DNA of 33,763 nucleotides from Steroidobacteraceae bacterium (GTDB lineage Bacteria; Pseudomonadota; Gammaproteobacteria; Steroidobacterales; Steroidobacteraceae): NCBI GenBank assembly GCA_049687855.1, contig JBAVJR010000182.1, positions 1 to 33,763 of the forward strand, read 5' to 3'. Shown piece by piece: positions 25,755 to 33,763 of this stretch (position 1 is its first letter; each line of letters starts with the position of its first letter). The notes under the pieces were generated by a model. It saw only the letters and a program-made list of their open reading frames with translations, ran no database searches and was not told where the DNA came from. The position numbers and the translations under genes were made by a program.

Positions 25755-27263
25755 ATGCAGTCATTGCAACCCATCCGGTCCGTGCTCTGGACCCTCGTGG
25801 CCCTGGCAGGAGCTGTGGCTGCGCGGGCGGACGCGCTGCCGGCACCGGTCACCGTGTCGTACGGGAGCCTCGTATTCACGCCCTGCACGCTGTCGCAGGC
25901 CGGGCAGGCGCAGACCGTGCCGGCGCGCTGTGCAACGCTGCGGGTTCCAGAAGACCGCTCCAGCGCGGACAGCCGCAGGATCGAACTCGCGATCGCCTGG
26001 GTGCCGAGTACCGCGAAGTCCCCGGCCAGGGACCCGGTCGTGCTGCTGGCGGGCGGTCCGGGCCAGTCCGCCCTCGAAGCCTTTCCCGCCGTCTATCCGG
26101 CGTTCCGCGCCATCCTGCGCCAGCGCCACGTCCTGCTCGTGGATCAACGCGGCGTCGGCAGGTCGAACCCGCTGGTCTGTCCCTTGACGCTGAACGAGGA
26201 GGCACTGCGATTGCTCGACACGGCGGGTGTCGACGAGGCGCGCCGGCTGACGGCCGCCTGCCTGCACGAACTCGGGTCGAACGTCGACGTCCGCGCCTAT
26301 ACGACCAGCGCGTACATCGCCGACCTCGAGGACGTTCGCCGTGCACTGGGCGTCGCACAGTTCAACCTGGTCGGGGCGTCGTACGGCACGCGCGTCGGGC
26401 TCGAATACCTGCGTCGCCATCCCGGGTCGACGCGAACGGTCGTGCTCGACTCCGTCGTGCCGCCGAGCCTCGCCCTCGGCAACGAGCATGCGAAGAACCT
26501 CGAGGCGGCCGTCGACGCCCAGTTCGCACGCTGTACCGCGGATGCCGCATGCACGAAGCGCTTCGGTTCGCCACGAGCGCGTCTCCATGACCTGTTGCTG
26601 CAGCTGCACGAACAGCCGCAGCACGTCACGTATCGCGACCCGGTCACGAACCAGCTGCGTGAAGACGAGTTCACCGCTGTCTCGCTCGCATCGGTCGTGC
26701 GCTTCTATTCCTATGCGCCGCAGTTGTTCGGCATGCTGCCGATGCTGCTCGCCGAGGCCGCGGACGGCCAGTTCGCCAACCTGATGGCCCAGTCACGCAT
26801 GATGGAGCAGCTGATCGGCGAGCAGATCTACGTGCCGCTGCAGCTGTCCGTCATGTGCGCGGAGGACGCGCCGGGGATGCGGGTAGACCCCGCTGACGCC
26901 GGCACCATTCTCGGCACCGAGTTCGTTGAATACACGCTGGCGCAATGCGCAGCCTGGCCGCGCGGCACGATGCCGAAGGATTTCCACGATGCCGTCAGGT
27001 CCGACAAGCCGGTGCTGCTGCTGTCCGGCGAGCTGGATCCGGTGACGCCGCCGCGGTACGGTGACGAAGTCCAGCGGCAGCTCCCGAATTCGCGTCACTT
27101 CGTCTTCCGCGGCCAGGGTCACGGCGTGATGGGCGCCGGTTGCGGACCACGGCTCATCGCCGAGTTCATCGCTGCAGCCGACGCGCGGAGCCTCGACGGC
27201 AGGTGCCTGGAGCAGTTGCAGTACGCGCCGCCGTTCGGTGGCTCGTACGGCTGGGACCCGTGA
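25755..27263 (+). CDS. Secreted alpha/beta hydrolase, tripeptidyl-aminopeptidase (TAP)-like
   Basis: The ATG at 25755 gives a signal peptide (SVLWTLVALAGAVAARADA). LLAGGPGQS, DQRGVGRS, nucleophile elbow LVGASYGT, and a C-terminal region with SGELDPVTPP...GQGHGV. The tracked ORF start at 25128 is antisense to the rhomboid gene. Confidence 0.82.
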   Translation: MQSLQPIRSVLWTLVALAGAVAARADALPAPVTVSYGSLVFTPCTLSQAGQAQTVPARCATLRVPEDRSSADSRRIELAIAWVPSTAKSPARDPVVLLAGGPGQSALEAFPAVYPAFRAILRQRHVLLVDQRGVGRSNPLVCPLTLNEEALRLLDTAGVDEARRLTAACLHELGSNVDVRAYTTSAYIADLEDVRRALGVAQFNLVGASYGTRVGLEYLRRHPGSTRTVVLDSVVPPSLALGNEHAKNLEAAVDAQFARCTADAACTKRFGSPRARLHDLLLQLHEQPQHVTYRDPVTNQLREDEFTAVSLASVVRFYSYAPQLFGMLPMLLAEAADGQFANLMAQSRMMEQLIGEQIYVPLQLSVMCAEDAPGMRVDPADAGTILGTEFVEYTLAQCAAWPRGTMPKDFHDAVRSDKPVLLLSGELDPVTPPRYGDEVQRQLPNSRHFVFRGQGHGVMGAGCGPRLIAEFIAAADARSLDGRCLEQLQYAPPFGGSYGWDP

Positions 27264-27282
27264 TGGGCCGGACGGCGCACGC

Positions 27283-28029
27283 ATGATCCGCGTCGAAGGA
27301 CTGCGCAAGAGCTTTCGGACCCGCACGGGGCCGGTCCAGGCCGTCGATGGCGTCAGCTTCGAAGCGGCCGACGGGCAGATCACCGGGTTGCTGGGCCCCA
27401 ACGGCGCCGGCAAGACCACCACTTTACGGATGCTCTACACGTTGATGTCGCCCGATTCGGGCCGCGTGCTGGTGGACGGCCTCGATGCGGCCATCGAACC
27501 CACCCGCGTGCGCGGACATCTCGGCGTGCTGCCCGATGCACGCGGCATCTACAAGCGGTTGACCGCGCGCGAGAACATTGCCTACTTCGGCGCACTGCAG
27601 GGGCTCGACGATCGCCTGATCGCAGAGCGCATCGAACGACTGGCGTCGGCACTCGACATGCGCGACTTCATCGACCGACGTGCCGAGGGTTTCTCGCAGG
27701 GGCAGCGCACCAAGACGGCGATCGCACGTGCATTGGTGCACGCGCCGCGCAACGTGCTGCTCGACGAACCGACCAACGGCCTCGACGTGATGACCACGCG
27801 CTCGCTGCGCGCCTTCCTGCTCGAGCAGCGCGCCGAAGGCCGCTGCGTGCTGCTCTCGAGCCACATCATGCAGGAGGTCGCGCGGCTCTGTGACCGGATC
27901 GTCGTCATTGCGCACGGGCGTGTGGTGGCCGACGGCACCCCGGACGAACTCCGCGAGGCCACCGGTTGCGACAGTCTCGAGGATGCCTTCGTCAAGGCGA
28001 TCGGCTCGGACGAGGGGTTGTTCGCATGA
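27283..28029 (+). CDS. ABC transporter ATP-binding protein (NatA-like, ABC-2 subfamily)
   Basis: Walker A GPNGAGKTT, signature FSQGQRTK, Walker B VLLDEPTNGLD, H-loop SSH. Start at the ATG at 27283 (MIRVEGLRKSF). Confidence 0.9.
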   Translation: MIRVEGLRKSFRTRTGPVQAVDGVSFEAADGQITGLLGPNGAGKTTTLRMLYTLMSPDSGRVLVDGLDAAIEPTRVRGHLGVLPDARGIYKRLTARENIAYFGALQGLDDRLIAERIERLASALDMRDFIDRRAEGFSQGQRTKTAIARALVHAPRNVLLDEPTNGLDVMTTRSLRAFLLEQRAEGRCVLLSSHIMQEVARLCDRIVVIAHGRVVADGTPDELREATGCDSLEDAFVKAIGSDEGLFA

Positions 28030-29204
28030 GGGCGCTGTGGATCGTCCTGCGCAAGGAGCTGCTCGACGCGTTCCGCGACCGCCGCATGATGCTGGTCGCG
28101 TTCGTCGTGATTCCGCTGGCGATTCCGCTGGTGCTGGCGGGCACCAACGCACTCAGCGCACGCAAGCAGGCCCAGCAGCTCGAAGGACTGCTGGAGCTGC
28201 CGGTGATCGGCGCGGAGCGCGCACCGAACCTCGTCGCCTGGCTGCAATCACACAACGTGCAGGTGCTGCCCGCGCCACGGGATGCCGACGCGGCCGTGCG
28301 CACGCAGGAGCGCGACGTCGTCCTGCGAATCGACGAGAAGTACGGCGAGGACTGGCGCGCCGGCCGGCCTGCGAGCGTCGAGGTGATCTTCGACAGCTCG
28401 CGTCCGCTGGCTTCGGGCGCGACCGTGTCGCGACTCGGCGGCCTGCTCGACGCTTACGGCAGCACCGTCGGTACGCTGCGGCTCGTCGCCCGCGGCATCG
28501 ACCCCGCCGTCGCGAATCCGCTGCAGGTCGGCGCGCGCGACGTGGCCACGCCCGAGGCTCGCTTCGATCTGTCGCAACAGATCCTGCCGTACCTGTTGCT
28601 GCTGCTGGCATTCATCGGCGGCATGCAGCTGGCGATCGATGCGACCGCAGGCGAGCGCGAGCGGCAGTCGCTCGAACCGCTGCTCGCGACACCCGTCGCG
28701 CGCGAGTCGATCATCGGCGCGAAGATTCTTGCCACGGCCGCGTTCTCGCTGCTGTCGATCGCCGTCACGCTGATCGCGTATCGCCTGGTGTTCGCTGTCG
28801 TGCCGGCGCGTGGCATGGACGCGTCTTTCGATCTCGCGCCCGCCGGACTGGCGCAACTGTTCCTGATCATCCTGCCGATCGTGCTGCTCGGCGCAACGGT
28901 GCTCACGGCGCTGGCTGCGTTCGCGCGCAGCTACCGCGAGGCGCAGGCCTACCTGCCGCTGCTGATGTTCCTGCCGATGATTCCGTCGCTGGTGCTGATG
29001 GTCGCGCCGGTCAGGACGCAGCTCTGGATGCTGGCCGTGCCGTTCCTGGGCCAGAACCAGATGATGCTGCGCGTGCTGCGCGCGGAAGGAATCCGTGCGC
29101 TCGAGTGGGTCGTCAGCCTAGGCGCCTCATTTGCGGTGGTGGCCGTCGTCTGGTTCATCGCAGCGCGGCTCTATCACCGCGAACAGCTCGCCACCTCGTC
29201 CTGA
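28026..29204 (+). CDS. ABC-2 type transporter permease (NatB-like)
   Basis: The start overlaps the ATPase stop (ATGA at 28026-28029). N-terminus MRALWIVLRKELLDAFRDRRMM, followed by a large extracytoplasmic loop and then 5 C-terminal TM segments. Confidence 0.82.
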   Translation: MRALWIVLRKELLDAFRDRRMMLVAFVVIPLAIPLVLAGTNALSARKQAQQLEGLLELPVIGAERAPNLVAWLQSHNVQVLPAPRDADAAVRTQERDVVLRIDEKYGEDWRAGRPASVEVIFDSSRPLASGATVSRLGGLLDAYGSTVGTLRLVARGIDPAVANPLQVGARDVATPEARFDLSQQILPYLLLLLAFIGGMQLAIDATAGERERQSLEPLLATPVARESIIGAKILATAAFSLLSIAVTLIAYRLVFAVVPARGMDASFDLAPAGLAQLFLIILPIVLLGATVLTALAAFARSYREAQAYLPLLMFLPMIPSLVLMVAPVRTQLWMLAVPFLGQNQMMLRVLRAEGIRALEWVVSLGASFAVVAVVWFIAARLYHREQLATSS

Positions 29205-29884
29205 CCCGTCAGTGCCAGCAGTTCGCCGGCCCACGCCAGTACGGCGGATTCAGCCGGATGAAACCCGTCGCGTGCGAAATCACCGGGCGGCACGGTCCCC
29301 GGAAAGGAATAGCAATAGGTCCGCGGCCGGCCCGCGAGGGCTTCTGCCGCCGCGTGCTGCAAGCCGCGCGCCTGGGCGCCCAGCAGCGAGTTGAGCGGCG
29401 CGGGCAAGGCGGGGAAGCGTTCGAGCGGCGGCACGCCGGCGAACAGGAAGGCCGACGCGGGCGCTCGTTCCCGCAGCCGCTCGTGAATGCCCGCGACATT
29501 GCGGCCGTAGGCACCCGCGGTCACGCGCCGTGTCACGTCGTTGACGCCCACCGAGACCAGGTAAAGGTCGCCTGCGGGCGCCGTCGGCACCAGTTCGCGC
29601 AAGACGGATGCGGAGGTTGCGCCGTTGCGGCCGCGGACCTGCCACTCGATGGGACGTTGCGTGCGCGAATGCAGCAATCGCGCGTAGGCAGCAGTCAGTG
29701 AATCCCGCAACTGCTGCACCCCGGTGCCGGCGATGATCGAATCGCCGACGCCGATGATCCGCAGCGCATCCGGGCCGTCTGCGCCAATGCGGCCTGATTC
29801 GCCTTCCGGCGGGGCCAGGCGCGGCGTTGCCAGCAGCACGCGCAGCGCCTGCAGGAACGCGATGGGTGGCAGGCGTGTGGTCAC
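29174..29884 (-). CDS. SGNH/GDSL-family hydrolase
   Basis: Block I IIGVGDSIIAG, block III GVNDV, block V DGFHP. The gene lies 6 nt downstream of ggt. Confidence 0.82.
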   Translation of the reverse strand: MTTRLPPIAFLQALRVLLATPRLAPPEGESGRIGADGPDALRIIGVGDSIIAGTGVQQLRDSLTAAYARLLHSRTQRPIEWQVRGRNGATSASVLRELVPTAPAGDLYLVSVGVNDVTRRVTAGAYGRNVAGIHERLRERAPASAFLFAGVPPLERFPALPAPLNSLLGAQARGLQHAAAEALAGRPRTYCYSFPGTVPPGDFARDGFHPAESAVLAWAGELLALTGQDEVASCSR

Positions 29885-29890
29885 GCGCCG

Positions 29891-31804
29891 CTACCAGCCG
29901 ATGCCGTAGTCCTCACCGTGATTGCTCGAGCCGCCCCAGAACGTACCGTTCTCCGGGTCGATCATGATCGCGTTGATCGGACCGGACGTGCGGGCTTCGA
30001 ACTCAGGCTTGTAGCCGCGCCCGATCAGTTCCCTCGTGACCCATTGCGGCATGGCCGAGTTGAGGACGATGCGGCCGGGTTGCGCTTCGTGCTGATCGAA
30101 CGACGCCTTCATCTGATAGCTGTTGAAGTTGGCGGCTTCGGCCGCTTCCTGCGGCGTCATGCCGAATTCCTGCACGTTGAGGAAGAACTGCAGCAGGTTC
30201 TGGTCCTGCGAGTCGCCGCCCTGCACGGCGAAGGCCAGCCACGGCTTGCCGCTCTTCAGGGCGAGGCTCGGCGTGAGCGTGACGCGCGGGCGCTTGCCGG
30301 GCGCGACCACGTTGTAGGGGTTCTCGGCCGGATCGAGCACGAACGACTGCATGCGCTGGCTCAGGCCGATGCCGGTGTGGCCCGCGATCGTCGCCGGCAC
30401 CCAGCCGCCGCTCGGTGTCACCGACACGAGCCAGCCGTTCGCATCGGCGGCCACGACCGTGGTCGTGCCGCTCTTGAAGCCCGCTTCGAAATCAGCCAGC
30501 TGCTGGGCCGTGAGCCCTGCCTGGTCGAGCGCATCGAGCGCCGCCTTGCGCTGCTGCTGCAACTGGTCGGCGTACGGGTTCTTGCCGCCCTGGAACGGAT
30601 ACGGATCGCCGGGCCCTGCGTTCACGTCGTTGCGATCCATGCGGATCGTCGCGGCGCGCTGCTTTGCGTACTCCTTCGAGAGCAGGCCCTTGGTCGGCGT
30701 GGCAGGCGGGAAGTAGGGATCGCCGTAATAGAAGTCGCGGTCGGCGAAGGCGAGGTTCATCGCCTGATAGACGGTGTGGATGTAGTTCGCGCTGTTGAAG
30801 CCCATCGCGCGCACGTCGAAGTTCTCGAGGATGTTCAGCGACTGCAGCAGCGCCGGGCCCTGTGTCCACACGTCGAGCTTGTAGACGTCCACGCCGCGGT
30901 AGTCGGTGCGCAACGGTTCCTCGACCAGCGGCTGCCATCGCGCGAGATCGTCGAACGTGATCAGGCCGCCCTGTTCCTGCACGCCGCGCACGAACTCCTG
31001 GGCGATGTCGCCGCGATAGAAGCGGTCGTACGCCGCCTGCAGGGCCTCCTTGCGCGACTTGCCGGCCGCGAGGGCCTGCTTTTCGGCGTCGACCATCTTG
31101 CGCAGCGTCGCCGCGAGGTCGGGCTGGCGGAAGATCTCCCCTGCGCGTGGGGCTTCGCGCGCGGCACCGAGGTGCGGCAACATTACCTGCTTCGAGTACG
31201 GCCACTCCTTGAGCTTTTCCTTCCAGCGCTCGATCAGGTCGGCGGTCTCGCCGTCGATCGGATAGCCGTCGGCGAGTTCGATCGCGGGGGCCAGCACCTC
31301 CGCGAGCGAGAGCGTGCCGTAGTCCTGCAGCATCAGGATGATGCCGCCGGGCGTGCCGGGCGTGACCGCGGCGAGCGGGCCATACGCGGGCGGGTACTTG
31401 TAACCCTTGCCCTTGAAGAACTCGGGCGTCGCACCGGTCGGAGCCATGCCGAGCCCGTTGATCGCGATCACCTTGTTCGTGCGCGGATCGTAGATCAGGG
31501 CCTGCGTCTCGCCGCCCCAGTGCAGCACGTCCCACATCGTGGAGGTTGCCGCGATCATGGCGCAGGCCGCATCGACGGCATTGCCGCCACGCTGGAACAT
31601 CATTGCGCCTGCCGTCGCGCCGAGCGGCTTGCCCGTGATCGCCATCCAGTGCCGGCCGTGCAACGGCGGCTTCTGCGTCTTTGCGATCGAGCGTGCGACC
31701 GTGGGCGAGTAGGCCTGGGCGTTGGCGGGCGGCGTTGAGACGGTGCTCATCAGGAAAATGCTCGTGGCGGCAAGGGCCGCGATCGACTGGCGATATGGAA
31801 ACAT
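29891..31804 (-). CDS. ggt: Gamma-glutamyltransferase family Ntn-hydrolase, secreted
   Basis: The ATG at 31804 is preceded by AGGAAA. Signal peptide (..STPPANAQA). GATAGAMMFQRGGNAVDAA, GGETQALIYD, autoprocessing/catalytic Thr region KSGTTTVVAAD, GGDSQDQ. The tracked ORF extension to 33094 is antisense to the M20 gene. Confidence 0.85.
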   Translation of the reverse strand: MFPYRQSIAALAATSIFLMSTVSTPPANAQAYSPTVARSIAKTQKPPLHGRHWMAITGKPLGATAGAMMFQRGGNAVDAACAMIAATSTMWDVLHWGGETQALIYDPRTNKVIAINGLGMAPTGATPEFFKGKGYKYPPAYGPLAAVTPGTPGGIILMLQDYGTLSLAEVLAPAIELADGYPIDGETADLIERWKEKLKEWPYSKQVMLPHLGAAREAPRAGEIFRQPDLAATLRKMVDAEKQALAAGKSRKEALQAAYDRFYRGDIAQEFVRGVQEQGGLITFDDLARWQPLVEEPLRTDYRGVDVYKLDVWTQGPALLQSLNILENFDVRAMGFNSANYIHTVYQAMNLAFADRDFYYGDPYFPPATPTKGLLSKEYAKQRAATIRMDRNDVNAGPGDPYPFQGGKNPYADQLQQQRKAALDALDQAGLTAQQLADFEAGFKSGTTTVVAADANGWLVSVTPSGGWVPATIAGHTGIGLSQRMQSFVLDPAENPYNVVAPGKRPRVTLTPSLALKSGKPWLAFAVQGGDSQDQNLLQFFLNVQEFGMTPQEAAEAANFNSYQMKASFDQHEAQPGRIVLNSAMPQWVTRELIGRGYKPEFEARTSGPINAIMIDPENGTFWGGSSNHGEDYGIGW

Positions 31805-31879
31805 CTGGCTTTTTCCTGTCGATGCGGTCGGTGAAGTATGCTGCGCGCCTTGTTCCACCGCCACCTGGGCATCACGATC

Positions 31880-33196
31880 ATGAGCCATCGCCAGTTCCTC
31901 GCGTCGTTGCTGCTGTTCGCGACCGCCGCCGCCCCGGCGCAGGCTGCCGTCACGGACGCCTCGCTCGACGCGGCCACCGCCGCGGTGATGCCGCAGGTGG
32001 TCACGTGGCGCCGCGATTTCCACCAGAACCCCGAACTCAGCAACCGCGAAGTGCGCACGTCGAAGATCGTGGCCGAAGAGCTGCGCAAGATGGGCCTCGA
32101 GGTTCGCACGGGCATCGCGTACACCGGCGTGGTCGGCATGCTGCAGGGCGGCAAGCCGGGCCCGACGGTTGCGCTGCGCGCCGACATGGACGCATTGCCG
32201 GTGACGGAGCAGGTCGACCTGCCGTTCAAGTCGACGGCGACGGCCGAGTACCGCGGCGAGAAAGTCGGCGTGATGCACGCGTGCGGTCACGACGGGCACA
32301 CGGCGATCCTGCTCGGCGCGGCCAAGGTGCTTTCCGGCATTCGCACCGAGTTGCCCGGCACGGTCATGTTCGTGTTCCAGCCGGCGGAAGAAGGCGCGCC
32401 TGACGGCGAGCGGGGCGGCGCGAGCCTGATGCTCGACGAAGGCCTGTTCGCGACGGCGAAGCCGGATGCCATGTTCGGCCTGCACCTCTGGTCCGCGCTC
32501 AATACCGGCGTGATCGGTTACCGCGAAGGTTCGTTCATGGCGGCATCGGATCGCTTCAAGCTCGTCATCAAGGGCCGGCAGACGCACGGCTCGCGTCCCT
32601 GGGGCGGTGTCGATCCGATCGTCACGGCTGCGCAGATCGTGATGTCGCTGCAGACGATCGTGAGCCGCCAGGTCGACATCACGCGCTATCCAGCCGTGGT
32701 CTCGGTCGGCGCGATCAAGGGCGGCATCCGCAACAACATCATCCCCGACTCGGTCGAAATGGTCGGCACGTTCCGCACGTTCGACCCGTCGGTGCGCACG
32801 CAGGTGATCGAGAGCATCAAGCGTATTTCGAGCGACGTCGCGGCATCGCAGGGTGCGACGACGGAGTTCGAGCTCGGCGGCGACCCGAATCCGGTGGTCG
32901 TCAACGATGCCGTGCTGACTGCACGCGCCGTCGCGTCGCTGCAGCGCATCTCGGGCCGCGACAACGTCAACGTGATCCCGTTCGTCACGGGATCCGAGGA
33001 CTACGCGTACTACGGCAAGAAGTTGCCGTCGTTCTTCTACTTCGTCGGCGTGACGCCGAAGGGGCAGGATGCCATCGCGGCGCCGAGCAATCACTCGCCG
33101 AAGTTCTTCGTCGACGAAGCCGCGCTGCCGGTCGCCCTCAAGACGCTGGTGGGCGCAGCCGTCGATTACCTGCAGCAGGGCGTGCAGCCGAACTGA
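31880..33196 (+). CDS. M20D-family amidohydrolase (N-acyl-amino-acid / hippurate hydrolase-like), secreted
   Basis: The ATG at 31880 gives a signal peptide (FLASLLLFATAAAPAQAA). RRDFHQNPELSNRE, ALRADMDALP, HACGHDGH, FQPAEEG. Confidence 0.88.
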   Translation: MSHRQFLASLLLFATAAAPAQAAVTDASLDAATAAVMPQVVTWRRDFHQNPELSNREVRTSKIVAEELRKMGLEVRTGIAYTGVVGMLQGGKPGPTVALRADMDALPVTEQVDLPFKSTATAEYRGEKVGVMHACGHDGHTAILLGAAKVLSGIRTELPGTVMFVFQPAEEGAPDGERGGASLMLDEGLFATAKPDAMFGLHLWSALNTGVIGYREGSFMAASDRFKLVIKGRQTHGSRPWGGVDPIVTAAQIVMSLQTIVSRQVDITRYPAVVSVGAIKGGIRNNIIPDSVEMVGTFRTFDPSVRTQVIESIKRISSDVAASQGATTEFELGGDPNPVVVNDAVLTARAVASLQRISGRDNVNVIPFVTGSEDYAYYGKKLPSFFYFVGVTPKGQDAIAAPSNHSPKFFVDEAALPVALKTLVGAAVDYLQQGVQPN

Positions 33197-33219
33197 ATCA
33201 GGCCCAACCAGGGCAGGCC

Positions 33220-33763
33220 TCAGTCGGTGGGCTTGCCGCCACGGCCCGCGCCGCCCACGAAGCGCGCGGCGCCCCGGGCAGACTCGCCGCTGTTCAAGAC
33301 CTCGAGTCCGCGTGCGAACTCATTGCGTAGCGCATCGACACGATCGCGATCCCACTGGTCCCGGCACGACGCCCGGTCGGCCCGCAGGCAGGGCTGCGGG
33401 AAAGCCGCGATCTCCCGGGCCAGCGCTTCAGCGGCGGATCGTGATTCGCCGCGAGGCACCACGCGATTCACCAGGCCTATCGCCAGGGCTTCCGCGGCCC
33501 CCACGCCCCGTCCCGTGAGAATCAGGTCCATCGCGCGGCCATGGCCGACCAGGCGGGGCAGGCGGAAGGTGCCGCCGTCGATCAACGGGACTCCCCAGCG
33601 GCGACAGAAAACGCCCAGAGTCGCGTCGGCCTCCGCCAGACGCAGGTCGCACCAGAGCGCGATCTCGAGGCCGCCGGCGACGGCATGCCCGGCGATCGCC
33701 GCGATCACGGGTTTTTGCAGTTCGAGCCGTGACACGCCCATCGGGCCGAGGGCGTCGTCCGGC
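33220..33763 (-). CDS. Enoyl-CoA hydratase/isomerase (crotonase) family protein, 5' end beyond the window
   Basis: PVIAAIAGHAVAGGLEIALWCDLRLA and GGTFRLPRLVG are crotonase signatures. The frame stays open to the window edge upstream of the tracked ATG at 33741. Confidence 0.85.
   Translation of the reverse strand, partial: PDDALGPMGVSRLELQKPVIAAIAGHAVAGGLEIALWCDLRLAEADATLGVFCRRWGVPLIDGGTFRLPRLVGHGRAMDLILTGRGVGAAEALAIGLVNRVVPRGESRSAAEALAREIAAFPQPCLRADRASCRDQWDRDRVDALRNEFARGLEVLNSGESARGAARFVGGAGRGGKPTD

Noticed and set aside
463-33094. Many long ORFs in the six-frame track that lie antisense to, or out of frame with, the called genes. Examples: 463-1221, 1381-2589, 5663-6781, 4926-5708, 11573-13006, 12879-14105, 15898-17022, 17040-17972, 21339-22328, 23309-24346, 29918-31738.
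   Set aside because: Their translations are Arg/Pro/Ala/Gly-rich low-complexity strings with no recognisable motifs. Each overlaps a gene with clear catalytic signatures. Long open frames on all strands are expected where stop codons are rare because of the high G+C content.
1-33763. Mobile elements, prophage or defence genes, CRISPR arrays, tRNA/rRNA genes, and a toxin-antitoxin-sized gene pair.
   Set aside because: None was seen. There are no transposase, integrase or recombinase motifs, no regularly spaced repeats and no tRNA-like cloverleaf regions in the short intergenic gaps. Apart from 4792-4994, I noticed no obvious compositional break by eye.

Overview
This is a high-GC (roughly two-thirds G+C by eye) proteobacterial-type chromosomal segment. 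It is densely coding, with about 30 genes on both strands. I found no rRNA, tRNA, CRISPR array, transposase or integrase. Stop codons are rare, so the six-frame track is full of long spurious antisense or alternate-frame ORFs and 5' over-extensions. Calls below rest on recognisable catalytic motifs, start/stop coupling and ribosome-binding sites, not ORF length. Gene content, left to right: a dienelactone hydrolase (5' cut by the window edge); a minus-strand cell-surface-signalling module (ECF sigma, FecR-type anti-sigma, STN-domain TonB-dependent receptor). Divergent from that module is a tightly coupled five-gene plus-strand operon: thermostable-hemolysin-family (GNAT-like) protein, adenylate-forming ligase, heme-oxygenase-like diiron enzyme, SDR, secreted TPR protein. 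Next come truC, a C-factor-like SDR and an Asp-nucleophile alpha/beta hydrolase; then an esterase, rhomboid and OPT transporter string; a Rieske oxygenase alpha subunit; and a 897-aa DUF2339 membrane protein. A GcvT-like aminomethyltransferase follows with two paralogous CrtI-like flavoproteins, then a rhomboid-folE pair. The window ends with a secreted TAP-like hydrolase plus NatAB-like ABC exporter, a ggt-SGNH hydrolase pair divergent from a secreted M20 amidohydrolase, and a crotonase cut by the window edge. The best candidate for an undescribed system is the five-gene operon at 4995-9359 built around the heme-oxygenase-like diiron enzyme. It has no carrier protein or NRPS/PKS and sits head-to-head with the ECF/FecR/TonB-receptor module across an AT-rich intergenic region carrying a perfect 12-bp inverted repeat. 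All family assignments come from reading translated motifs; no database search was run.
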